Part shown: positions 1 to 13,456 of the stretch, one piece after another
Numbering within the stretch: the first letter of the stretch is position 1
How the letters are laid out: the number at the start of each line of letters is the position of its first letter
Assembly: GCF_009914755.1 (NCBI RefSeq)
Contig: NC_060930.1
Direction: 5' to 3' (one strand)
Source: the human T2T-CHM13v2.0 reference genome, Homo sapiens
Length of the DNA: 64,000 bases
Translations under genes and position numbers: made by a program
The notes under the pieces: model-generated
Told to the model about the DNA's origin: nothing
The model's database searches: none
Seen by the model: the letters and a program-made list of their open reading frames with translations, nothing else

Positions 1-2421
1 AAGAAAAGGAGGGAGGGAAGAAGAAGCATTGGGAGGGAGAGAACAAAAGGGAGATAACTCATCAAACAGTACAAAAGTCTTGAACAGAAAGCCTAAGAAT
101 ATCATCATGTTGCCCCCAAATCCCCACCAACAGCCTCTGGGAGTAGAAATGTAAAAGAAAAAACAATTTTCTGCGGTTAAGGAAAGTCTGGGACTGCTGT
201 CATTCATATGCAATTCCATCCAAATTCAGAGTGCTTGAGGAAATCACATGCTTCTCTCTTCTCTCTCTTTTCTTGTGTTTTACATTCTTCAGCTTCCTAA
301 TTCTTGCTTTTTACATTTAATAGTTTGAAATAGTCTAAGCAGGGTGTATGTGTTAGTGTGTATGGATTCAATAGCTTAAAACCAATCAAATATATTAAAT
401 AAGAGAGTGACTTTCAGGTACCTTGGAAGCTCCTACAAAGTTACAGAGGGATATTCTGCTTGTGATTCCTATGTCACCTCTGAACCATTGAAATTCAACT
501 CTCTTTCCAAATCAGTATTCCAATAAATCATGTTTCTTTTTTGCCCAGTTTGGCTATAAATAGGCTTAAATTTCAAAAATAGATGTTCACAAATGTTTAA
601 AATTTCCTCAAAGTTCTCAATTATACCTGAATATTAAATAATAATCGAAACAATAAAATGGTTATTTTTCATTCTTTTATTTGTTTAATGGAGGTGAGAT
701 ACAGAATATATCTTAAAAACTTAAAACAGCTACAGAGAGTTGATCTTTAGAATCTTTTCAATTTTCCCCTTTAAAATAATTGTCTTCCAAAGTTATACTA
801 TCTAACCTCAAAACATGATATAAATTGAGTGCAATGATGGAAGAGGTCCTGTAGTCTGATAGAGAAGAAAATCATATGTATTATATATTGTAATACATAT
901 TACATATCTCTATATATCTCTATATTATATATCTCTCCTTATAGCTATATCTATATGTACAGAGAGATAATCAAATTTTATGTTAAATTAAATAAATATT
1001 AAATTTTATATAAATATATGCACACATATAATACCGTAGGATACCAACATTTTATTAAATAACAATTTCTCAAAGTGTACAGGAATAAAATTTTACATGA
1101 ACACTTAGCATCATTTTTAAAAACATATAATACAAAAACTGGCAATAAAATAAGTTTTTAATTTATTGGGAGATAGTGTCTTCAGAATTCAAAGTTCATT
1201 TTTAGAAACTGATTATATCTAATACAACTCATTAATTGGTAAAATTTTGCCTAGAGATTGGTATTTAAAAGTGTCAACATTACTTGTTTAAAGAATAGTC
1301 AACGATTTATTATTCTTTTGTAGTCCCGGTTATTGAGAGGGTTACATATTGTGAGACTGAAGACAACATTAATCTTGTATAATAATCAGCATTATTTTGT
1401 TACTTTTTCCAAAACTGCACTTTGCCACAGTTAAATTTATAGCAAAGAATTCAATTCTACTACATCAACACCACTAACTCATAACTGAATGAGGTTTTTA
1501 TTTTATAAAACATTTTTTCATATATTGCTTCATGTAATACTGAGATTAACTAATAAGATAAAGAGATTGCATTACTTGCCCAAGGTCAAAAAACAACTTG
1601 ATCAACCTGGGATTCAAACATTTTGATTCTAAATCCAGTGTCCAATTTCTCTGATATGTCTTTTATGTCTATTTTTCTCTAGATGCATTATTACATAGAA
1701 ACTGATTTTATTTTGATATAGAAAAATAATCCACTGGGCTCGATATATTTATTGACTATGTAAACAGCCCAGGCAATACATATTTTTGGCATGTCAATAC
1801 ATTGAAAAAACATATGTCTAAAGAATATACAAAAGTAAAATAACTTTGGGGAATGTTTCTGGTTAACAAATCATTCCTAAATACTAAACTGGACCCTATT
1901 TATTTACTATACAATGTACAAATAATCTCTCCCTTTATCTATATAAGTCAGATCAATTATATTCGCCATATTCCAATTCAAAATGGTGTTACAGGGAACA
2001 ATAACAATTACTGAGAAATATAAATTCTCATGATTCCTAGGTTCCAAAGGGAAATAAACATAGGGACAGATGTTAATAAGCCACAAACTCTTTGTTTAGC
2101 TATATATGCCTGATTATTACAGGAAGTATGTCAATACTATATAAACAAAACAATTTCTTTAAAAATGTAAAATATGAATTCATATATATTCAAACAGGAT
2201 ATATACATATCTGAGTGTGTATGTATACGTGTGTATATGTGTATGTGCATACATAAACTTTACTACAGAATTCACAATAGTAAATCATTCAGTAATGAAT
2301 CTTCTTGACCAATTTAAATTCTGAGTTAACCTACTGTGTGGTTTGTAAACAATTATCATGAATGTATCTAATGAAAACATTATTAAATTATCACATCTTC
2401 ATTCTAGAAATATTATGGATA

Positions 2422-2653
2422 CAGGTTTAGAATACCCGATCTGAAAATTTAAAATCCAAAATGCTCCAAAGTTAAAAAGAATTTTGAGCACCGAAATGAT
2501 GCTCAAAGGAAATGCTCATTCAATCATTTTGGATTTTGTACTTTTAGACTGGGAACAGTAAGTATAATACAAATATTACAAAACTCCAAAAAAAAATTCA
2601 AAATCTGAAACACTTCTGGTCCCAAGCATTACAAATAAGGGACACTCAACCTG
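2422..2653. mobile_element. Tigger4a/MER46-like non-autonomous TcMar-Tigger DNA transposon
   Basis: Imperfect TIRs caggtttagaatacc / gggacactcaacctg flanked by TA on both sides. Internal 'cacttctggtcccaagcatt' matches the family. Confidence 0.8.
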
Positions 2654-4169
2654 TAGTAAAACGTTTCTATATATAATTGCAAGTAAGCCACTTTTTAAAA
2701 ATTGAAGATTTATTTCTAAATGACAAGGGAAACTAATACTTGGGTAAAAAGTTCCATGTGATTTTTACAAAGAAATGTTAAATGTTTTAGAAATCCATAT
2801 TATATGTCTTCAATTATTTTTGTAAAAATCAAAAGGTCCAATTAAAGTTATACATTGAGAGAAAAAAAAACAAAGTTAGCTGTGTAAAGTTGGTTTTTAT
2901 AGTGGAACACTTATAAATGCCATCACAATCTATGGCCTTGTGAAGATACAGGTAGTAGTCTGTGAGAGAACTCAGGGCAAGAGGCAGAGATTCATGGGCT
3001 CACCTGCATAGGAATGACAGTGGAAACTGGAAAAGTACTCACCCTTTCTCCTAGTACCATCAGTCCAAATTTTCCAAAATTCTTGCTGGGTAAGCATTAT
3101 AACCTATTTAGTCTATTAAAGATTGGACTGCCTTCTCTTCTGCAAATCAGACAATCTATAGCTTAAAATAATGGCAGATATTTAGGTCACTTTCAAACAG
3201 ACAGCCAATCCATCTACTCTATATTTTAATTTGATTTTCAGAGAACCCCCAGGGTTTCTTGAAATATTCTCAGAGAAGCAAAATATTACATATACAGTAA
3301 TCATAATTTCCAAATATACAAATCATAAAACATTTATGCATTTTTGCACAAGATCATAAAATAAGACTACAACAGAAGGCAAATTTTATATTTCAAACTT
3401 ACTTTGAGTGTGCGTGTGTGTGTGTGTCAACTAAGTTGTTAGGATCACTGACCTTTGACATTAATCAGTTTCAGAAATTAAGAGATAGAAATTATGAAAA
3501 TCAAAAGATAGGAAAGTATAAAAAGTGAGGTATCTATTAATTCAGAATAAAGAAAGTTATAGAAAACAGAGTATATAACTGAATTTAAAGTACAAGGCTA
3601 ATTGTAAATGTTTCTAATTTTATCTAACCATCTTTAACCCCAATTCACTTCAATTCATATAAACCTTAAATCCTGAACTAAACCAACATGCTGAAGTTTA
3701 GATGGTAGCTTTTGCAAACTTACACCAGCAAACTGATACAAATGTTAGCTACAGTTAATAATTCAGCACAGGTCCTCTACATACAAAATGACATGCAGAT
3801 TGGTTATACCTAGAAGTGAAAGGTGACTCAATTTTAATATCATTTTCATGATTATAATAATCTATAGGTTTCTTTGATTATGGAAGTATATTTGTGATGC
3901 CAAATATAATTTAATTTATTCACAATATCTAAGAGAAAAAATTCATAGGCATACTTTCAAGATTTGGAAGGCCTCAGATCTCTTTCAGGGCCTGCCTGGT
4001 GAAAAAGGCCCAAGACCCACTCAAGCACACATAATTCTGAAGGTCTGTCTGCCAGCAATAAAGGCTGAAATTGGATACTTGGTGAGATTAATTACCTAGA
4101 TAGGGCTTGATAATGCAAGTCAAATGGGAATGTAATTAAAGTGCACCTTCCATGAAAATTATTCATTGC

Positions 4170-4195
4170 TGATGGATCAGGTGACAGATAAATCA
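4170..4195. promoter_or_regulatory. Candidate PBX-HOX/MEIS enhancer motif cluster
   Basis: TGATGGAT (4170-4177), TGACAG (4182-4187) and ATAAATCA = TGATTTAT on minus (4188-4195), all within 26 bp. Confidence 0.45.
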
Positions 4196-6127
4196 AAAGG
4201 CATTTTTTAAAAAGCCTACAGGTTAACTTGAAGCAAGTCTTTCCTCTTTTTAAAACTCTGTAATTGCAGGTGTGGAATTCACTCTTGCTGTCCTATCCTC
4301 ATCATGATACCATAAGACAAAAAGTAGATTGTAATGTAATCTATTAGAAATAGAAGCCAATAGAAAAACCATTAGGACCATAGTTACAAACAAAAGGTCA
4401 CCTAGACTGGAACCAGTTGGCTGGCAGCTTTCAGAAGAGAGTATCACTCTATGCTCATACTATAATGGAGATTGCAACCATAAAAAATGACAAGTGATGA
4501 ATTAATAAGTTGACTAGTCCCTAGGGTGCAATTCTTACAGATAAAGGCATGCTGGAGTAATCAAATAGAGTTATAAATTAGATAAATAGAATGGCACAAG
4601 AAGTATTTTACATTGTCATTATTAAATAAAGTCCTCCTGGATGTGCTGTTAATTCTTTATTGCCAGTACATTTATTTACAGTGTAAGAACAATAAAAAAT
4701 ACTGTTTTATAAGGATGGCAGGGTAATTTCAGTTACCTAGAAGGATACTAAATCTAATTTCTATATTGAGTTATCGTATATATGTTTATTATGCATCTAA
4801 GAGAAGAAAGATGAAACAAAATATCCAATTAAATGACAGTTATTAGAAAATATGGCTTTACATGTTATTCATTTGCCTACTCTAACTAATGCACACGTCT
4901 TTACTGATATGTGTAAAGAAAACACATATTGTCTGCAAGAACAAACTTCATGCTGAACAAGAAAATCGTGTCATCCAGCAGATGGCATATGGAATTCACA
5001 AAAAAATCAATTACTATTAGAAGAAATAATAATAACCTAAGCATAAAAGTTGAACACTTTTTGTTCTTTGGAAAACTTTGAATAATACTGATCTACAACA
5101 GTTACTACAAACCCTCAAATAGTCATTTGACTTTTCCAAAACTTTATACTTTTTAATTTAAACTTGAAAAACATCCAAAATTTGAACTCAAATTCCTTCA
5201 ACAATCTATCTGTCCCAGGATCACATAAAAATACTTCAAATTAAAACATAATCAAATTTTTATAATCACTTACATGCAATTTAAATAATAACTGCAGATG
5301 TTTTAACCTAGTTCTAAGAAAGAAATATTTCTAAAATTGTGTTACATAAAAAAATTTACAAAGCAGCTCTTTTTACACAGTGAAAACTTCAGAAATAAAA
5401 AAATTCAAAGTCAAACACATGATGTAGATTTTAGATATGTAAATTGGATATACAGGGTTTGTGTTTGAAGTGCTATAAATTTAAGTGTATAAAAATATAT
5501 CTGTCAGAGAATTATCTGTTTATAGTTCTTCATTCCTAAAGGTTATGAATTAAAATTGAAAACAGGCATAGCAAACACCCAGTGCATTTTATCAGGAGAC
5601 ATTGCTTTTTGCGTTCCCTGCAGGTTCCAGTTAGTAACTTAATCCCAGCCAAACTATAAAGTAAACTGTTCATGATTTGTCAGATTAGCTGATGCTTGTC
5701 CAGAAAAATGGTCGAAAAAAGAGTCACCAGGACACTATAATTAAGATCCATTCATCCATTTCATCCTTGGATTGAAGAAAATAATGAAACATCAAAGTAG
5801 GCAGGCAGCAGTCTAAAGGAGGTCAGCTGTTGTATTTTCAAACATAACACCAGTGTTTAATGCAGCAAGTGTACCAGAAGTCACTTACAAATTATATTAA
5901 TATCTGACGTTTGTTGAAATAAGATAATGGCTTTCTGTTCTTTGTTTATATAATTTTCAAAGATAAAGGAAATGTGTCTAAAAATAAAAGATTTATCAGT
6001 ATTAACAAATACTGCACATAGCAAAAATAAAATTTCCAAATTTTTAGGTGGTTATACTTTTTATATTGGCAAGTACATGATATGGGACATATAATTTAAA
6101 ATCTACTGGAGAAAGAAGAGATATATG

Positions 6128-6161
6128 TCTATCTATCTATCTATCATCTATCATCTATCTA
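6128..6161. repeat. Imperfect (TCTA)n microsatellite
   Basis: tctatctatctatctatcatctatcatctatcta. Confidence 0.8.
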
Positions 6162-8805
6162 GCATAACACAGTCTCTGTATTAGATGTGTATAAACAGTC
6201 CTTTGATGTTATAGCATTTAATATTAATGATACTATCTTAGATGACAGATAGTTATAAATGCATAGTTTATCTTTGTACAATTAACATCTTTCTTTTTAT
6301 GACCTTTATTTCTGAGATTATCAGGTTCTCAACAATGAAATTTGTGTGAGGCTATATTTGGGTTCTTGGTGATGTCAGGGATGTGAGAAAATAGGATGAG
6401 ATGTCAAAACAAGGAGAAAACAAGGTTATGATAATGTATTAGAAAAGAACAAAGGCAGTAATTTTTTCCAAACATAATTCAGACTCATTCTCTGTCTTAA
6501 AGTCTTTACCAGTCTGATAAATGTTGTATGAAATCAGCATAAAAAGTAATCTATTACAATTCAATTCAGCCATCATTGAGCTGAATACTCTACTACGTAT
6601 GCCATAGTGTCAGGCTTTGCTTTTGACCATGGTAAACATCATTATGATAGTTTCTACCTCAAGTTATCAGTAAAAACTGTTTCTCATGGTTCCAAATTTT
6701 CAAATCCAGTAGACTTTCTTGTGTCTTCATTCTATTGACCTCCTGTGACACTTGATTCTATGATTAACTTAATGAGAAAATTTCCCTTCCTTTGGTAATT
6801 GTGACAGCCCCCTTATTCAACTGGCCTGGCCACCCCTCTTTGGTCTTTGTCATGTGCTTCTGAGATTCTTCCATCCTAACTATTTGTTTTCTCAAAACTT
6901 TTTTGTCACACTTTTAAATTATACCTCCACTCCTCTTCCCCGGAGAGGCCACTCATTAACTCACCATCTATAGGCAAAAGATTCCTAAAGCTGTAACATT
7001 TAAGCCCTACCACCATTCGAATGCCCATTCTCTTAGGAATATATATGTACTCATAAAATGTATGAGGTTAAAGAACATATGTTTATTACTGTCTATACAT
7101 GTCTATACACATAAATACATCAGTTCACAGTGTTATAGTCTGACGTAACTAGAGTTAAGGGTGCTGAGTTTAAGAGTATTAGCAGTATTTGAATAATACA
7201 ATAGTGATATGGCTTAACCAGTTTTGTTTTTATCATCATATACAATTTCCATTATGGATGCTATGCTCAGACAACGTTCTGCATCTTTCTATATGCTGAA
7301 GTTAATGACGAAATATTAAAAATTAAGACACTAATTATCTGATGTCAACACGCTATGGATAATTAAGAACTGCATGCTTTAAAGCTATGCTAATTGTTTT
7401 TCACAAATCTTCCTCTGTAGTCCTTGTGTCTTAAACAAGGCAAGCAGCTACATGACTGTATGTACATCTCTGCCATGTATTTTGCCACAGAACATACATC
7501 ATCTGCTCTGCCTTGTCCCTGACTAATTTTGTTAAGGCTGCAGCAATTATCTCTCCCTTTGTGATTGACCTATTTGTAAATTAAGTGCAGAGAATTTGGG
7601 TAATTTTTTCCCAGGGTTCTTAATTGATCCTTGTTCATTGCTTACACTAGTACAAAGGGAACCAAAGTCATAAAAACAGTTAAAATTCAAACAAGTAACA
7701 ATCATGCTTTAGCAGTTGTAACTGACAGATCTGAAAAACAAGATCTTGATAGTGTTCTCTCCTTTACCCTATTACTTGGATCAGTTGGTTAAAACTGTTA
7801 ATGATTCTTGTGGATCAATGCCTTTTCCTTGTAGCTCTAATTTACTGCATTGGTAGATTAGTACAGATGTTTTTTTGGATGGCTCTGCATCATTCCACCA
7901 GATTGCTTGTCTGGATCAAATTTGCTTCAATTCATCACCAACGAAGCAAGGGATAAAATAATCAACATTTACTCCCTCTGAACACATGTAGTGAAAACAG
8001 AACAACAACTAAATGCTTGTCCAAATTTAAAGACAATCTCCTATCTTTCACCTACATTTCATAGCTTTCAAGGCTATGTCCCTTAGCTGATCCAGGGCTG
8101 AAAATGGTGTATATGATTGACAGTGGCAGTGCATAGGAATTGGGATTGGGGGAAAACCTAAATATGTACTTAAAATTTATGGGCCCATGTTTTTACTACT
8201 GTCGTCATCATTATTACCAATTCATATTATGTGTCTTTGTCTTTACATGAATAATGTATGAAATTACTATCCATTGGCTTTTCATTCTCTGAAATGCAGC
8301 TTATTGATTTCTTGCTCTTAAATGAAATTTTTCTGAAACTGCGTCTGTCTCCACAATGCTACCGCTTCAATAACACTTAGAGAAATGGGCACGATAGCTA
8401 GCTACATAAAAACTAATTCATGACTCATGGAACAAAACCTGTTTGTACCATAGAACCAAGCAAATCAGGTAACTGGTTTCAGTCAAGGAAGGATTAACCA
8501 AAAACACTTCTTTAGTCAATGTATATTGGAAACCTATTACAAATGTGTTAGTTTGTATTCTTGGCAGGGTATTACTAAAATATAACATATTTGTTATTTT
8601 TTATGATTTATAATTGTTTACTATCTCCAGAAAAAGAGACTGTATTCAATATATATTTACCTAAGGTTATGCCCTGAAAAACTGTGCATATTTTATTTAA
8701 GTTCCTCCTGTTAACTTGCTTTTTGTATTTTTCCCCTAAAAGTAAAGAGCATGTGGTCCAGTTAGTCACATTTTACTTAAAACAGATTTTCTATATATCA
8801 CTTGA

Positions 8806-8941
8806 ACAAACTTCTTTACTCTAAAGTGGCTATTTATTTGCAAATATTATTTTAGTAGATGAATATTCAGCTTACAAACTTCTTTACTCTAAAGTGGCTA
8901 TTTATTTGCAAATATTATTTTAGTAGATGAATATTCAGCTT
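8806..8941. repeat. Perfect tandem duplication, 2 x 68 bp
   Basis: 8806-8873 is identical to 8874-8941. Confidence 0.95.
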
Positions 8942-9591
8942 ACTTACAATGTCTACTACATAAACTCGCAATTGCAAAATAAACGATCTTCTATTAAGGG
9001 CAATGCATGTAATAAGAATTACTTTACATAATTCCATCATTATGGACTATTCCAGGATAATGATCCTAATGGGAAGTCATATTTTTTGAAGAGGATGCTT
9101 AAATTTAGCAAATTACAAATTTGTATCTCCAAAATATAGAGCTATAAACACTTTTTCCTAAGAAAATCCTGAAATGGTACTGACTTCTTAATCTTGTAGA
9201 AATTATTAGGTTGAAATTGCCAAGAATTTGACAAACTTACCCAAGCTTCAAAACTTGGGAACAAAATTTATTATAACTTTTATATTGGATGTTCTGTTAC
9301 CATCAATGTATCACCTTCTAAAATTTATTAGATGATTAACTGGCTCTGTTAAAAAATAAAAACCTGTCTTGGACATTGAAAATAAAACATTACTATTGGT
9401 CATTTTCTGCTACTTACAAAGGTACTGCACTAAACAAGTTAAGGGTTTTTTGGAGGGGAAAAATCATAAAAATGCATAAAATTTCTACCACTGTCATTTC
9501 TTGTCCCATAAATAAAATTTTACATGCCTTAGCTGTCCTCATGCATATGGAAAATAAAGACTTTTCAGGATGGAATTAAATTATCTCAGGG

Positions 9592-9871
9592 ATGAGTATT
9601 AGTCTGCATTTGTTGCTATAAGAAAATACCACAGACTGAGGGGCTTAAATTGAAATTTGTTTTCTCACAGTTCTGAGGGCTAGAAGTCCCAAGTCAAGGT
9701 CCAACAGATTTCAGTTTCTGCTGAAGCCTCTCTTTCTGGCTTGGGGATGGCCATCTTCTTGCTATGTGCTCACATGTCCTTTCTCAGTGTGTGTGGAGGA
9801 AAGTATACAGTTACATTGGGGGTTAGGGCTTCAGCATAGGAATTTTGAGGGGACACAATTCCATCACAGCA
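9592..9871 (-). mobile_element. MLT1A-like MaLR solo LTR (internally deleted)
   Basis: 'aataccacagactg..ggcttaaa..ttctcacagttctg..ggctagaagtcc..aaggt' and the end 'gggggttagggcttca..gaattttgaggggacacaatt' match the MLT1A reverse complement. Confidence 0.75.
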
Positions 9872-12800
9872 GTAGAATAACTGGGTTATTGCAAAAAATG
9901 AACTCTTGCTTCCCAAGTATGTAAACATCATTATTTACAAAGTAGCAATTCAAAGATCAAATAATTTAAGAAAAGATAAAGAAGCATTAAATTGGAAATA
10001 TGAGACGCAACTTAAAACACTCTATACTAGGATTTTTTCAAGAGTCTACTAAGAGCATGTCCATTAAACAGTATGCAGATCAACTTGTCACCATAACCTC
10101 AACATAAGCCTATTTCATTACAAATATTAACCATATCAGAAAAGGATAGTTTTGACAACTCAGAAAGATACTGGGACTGGAGATCAGGGAGTTGAGGTGG
10201 CAAGATTAGGGTGTGGGGATGAGAACACAGGTTACTTAGAGGTATTTCCTTATGTATGTTTTAATTGAGAAGAGTCATGGCACAGTGATGTGCTGTAGCC
10301 TTAAAGCTGTCACCAAACCAAAAAAAATACAAAAATATTAAAACCTAAATATACCAAACTATAAAAAATATTAAAATAATGTATGAAAAGCTGATATTAT
10401 GTTCCTAGGTACTAAAGAAAGCATCTCCAATCCTGATCTCTGTGTTTCTACATATTCAATGTTATATAAAAGATATAAATTAATTATATTTTCAACAAGC
10501 TTTCAAAATATGAAGCATTACGAAAGTTTTCAAAGTTAAGGTTTATTTGTACCTTTAATATTTTATAAGAAGGTTAAGCTTTTGTTTAAAATTCCTGTGT
10601 AAATACCACATTATGGCTGTAAACAGTTTAAGATTTTAAATATATTTACAGTTTTAGGACTAAATTGCAAAATGACTATACTTGAAATTATTAACTTATG
10701 TACTCATTGCATAATTTAAATAACATTATATCATTTGAATTAAATTAATGTCTTCTGTAACAACCTAGATAGTCTAAGAAATTTTCTTTGCATATTACAG
10801 TATACAAAGAATTTATGTACTCAGCCAACAAATATTTACTAACCATCTACCCTGGGCCCAATATGTTGATGGGGCTAGAGAGTATGATCAAAGGTACCGC
10901 CATTTTCTTATAACATGAAGCCTAAGAGGAAAGATAAACTTTTCACAACTAATATGTGAAGAATATTACAAATATATGATACACTTAGTATAAGACCATA
11001 TCACAGAAACATGTAATTTTCTCTTAAACTTACATGATAAATTCGGAATGTGAAGATACTGTGCAAACATATGGGCCTTTACGTGTAAAGGAATCAACAT
11101 GTTTTATACTAAGCACTACATAAATCCTGGTTATTAGTATTAATGTCAACATGGTAGTATGTTACCTAATTAAAATTTTATTAAAATAGTTATCTAAAAT
11201 ATCATCCTTTTTGTATGTTTTAATAACTTACAGCCACTAAATAAAAATGTAAATGTATCTATATATATATGTTTTCATATTTATGGTGTCACAAAAATAC
11301 TTAAATAAATTTCACTAACAGTCTAAAGTTACTCCTTGTTTAAGCAAAGCATATGAATTACTAAAATGTCATGCCCTGCAGGGCATGAATTAGAATGACT
11401 AAATCCTGCACTTTCGGATACCTCAGGTTTATAAAATGTCTAAATGTAACAGAAATGCATATTTTGAACAGTTTACTGTTAAAGGAAATTTATTCGATTG
11501 ATTCTCTGCTGCAGACGGCATAGGTGTACATATGAATGTATGTTTTAATAACAATAACACTATCTCTACAAAATGGTTCCTGTTTTTTGCATTTATATAT
11601 TTTTAACCTAGTGATAAAACAATTATGCCTTGTTTCACCCTGTGGAGAATGCTGTGTTTAATATTACTTTATATAACCAATAAATGTTCTAAAATAAGAA
11701 AATATATTTTCTCAATATCATGTTCCTTTAAAATATAAATCAATCTTATATATTCCTAACAAGTATAAAAATATACAAATTTAAATGGAATTAATTTACT
11801 TATTAAAAGACATATAACTTGATGTGTGTCCATTAAATCATTGAAAAGAGATGATCTACGTTAATTTATGAGAAAACAGTCACAGTTGAGTCACATTAAT
11901 TCATGTGAGTGAAGCTACTTCTGACAAATAAAGAAAATGATTGTTGGTTTTGTCTTTTTTGGGGATAATTTTGCTTATGTATAATGTTATATCACATGAC
12001 TCAGGTTATATTTCATCTGGTACATTATATAAACATTACAAATCAAAGTAAAGGGAATACTGACGCAAACCTTTATTTTGGCTGAGAAATTAGATCTGGG
12101 CATTGAAAAACACAGGAAAGTCGGTCAGTTTAAAATATGCAAGGCTATTTTTAAAGTTTCTTGAAGAAAGATAATAAAACAGTAATGAGAAGGCAAATGC
12201 TATATTTAGCAATGCTATCCCACAAAGATTACATTTGTTAATATTCTCAGGAAATAACACTTCTTAGTAGGTCTCCTTTTCACTTAACAGCTCTTATCAC
12301 TGACCATTAAACCAATCTGCAATTTCTCGTGTAATGGATTATGGAGCTACATTTTTAAAGATAGCACTCTATGGTAAGATTGCATAAACAATAATTTTGA
12401 GGTAAGAAGTGTATTTGATTGCAATCATTTGGGTCATCACTATATAATTTACCGTGTGACCTTTGTAAAGTCATTCGAACCCTCAAAATTTTACTTTTAA
12501 AATGATATCAGTTCTTGTCTTAACAACTCCACAAATTTAGTTCAAATTTTAATATAATCTGAGTGAGTGTCATATAGATCATTCATCCATACACAACAAA
12601 ATTGATGATGGGGATAAAATATAATTCTTTTTGAGAGACTCTAAAGAGACCTTTGAAGATAGTTGAGATGCCTCCACACCCTGATGGCAGATTCTTTGAA
12701 GCTTTCTTATATTTTCAGAAACTGTATGTTTTGCACATTTTTTCCACAGTAACACTAGGCAGGAATTTTTTTTTTTAACAAACGACTATATGTAATATGT

Positions 12801-13046
12801 GAAATGTACTGCGGAAGATACACAAAAGTTTAAGTTAAACCAGGGTCAATCTGTTACTTTCCTGTTCAAAAACACTCCGGTTTCCCCGCTGTCTATCAGA
12901 AAAGATTCTTTTCCTAAAAATAAAAATTCCCCAGTAATCTTTCCCACAAATCTTTATTCATCCAGTTCATACCATTATTCCATAATCACACTCTGAATGC
13001 TGCCACTCTTATTCTTTTGCATAATTTAACCCTCTATAATGGATAT

Positions 13047-13456
13047 TGTAATGGGCTGCCCACATTCTCCTTAGAAAAGCACTGAAGAAATTATTTGCCC
13101 AGCTGCCGAGATATTTGCCAGAAAACAGGCCTCAGTTCCCTGCCTCATTTAGAATTTCCTTTCTGAAAAGTAACACCTTGCTCACTCCTAGGAAAAACTG
13201 CAACCCATGTCTGGACAACATAGACGTATAAAACTGTCACCTAGGGACAACCTGAGGGTTCATTACAGGTAGAGCACTCCCCATGGAGTTGGCTGATGAT
13301 TCCAATGAGACCCCATCACAGCTCAGCCCTGCTCTGCTTGGTCCTGCTTGCTTCCCTTCTCTCTGATGGTGTTGATCCCAAACATTCTTCCTAATAAAAC
13401 TCATGCACGCTAATCTCCATATAAGTATTTGCTTCCTGGGGAGCCCAACTTGAGAA
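13047..13456 (+). mobile_element. LTR16-family (ERVL) solo LTR
   Basis: The 3' end 'aataaaactcatgcacgctaatctcc...tgcttcctggggagcccaac' is typical of LTR16. Local GC is raised. Confidence 0.6.
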
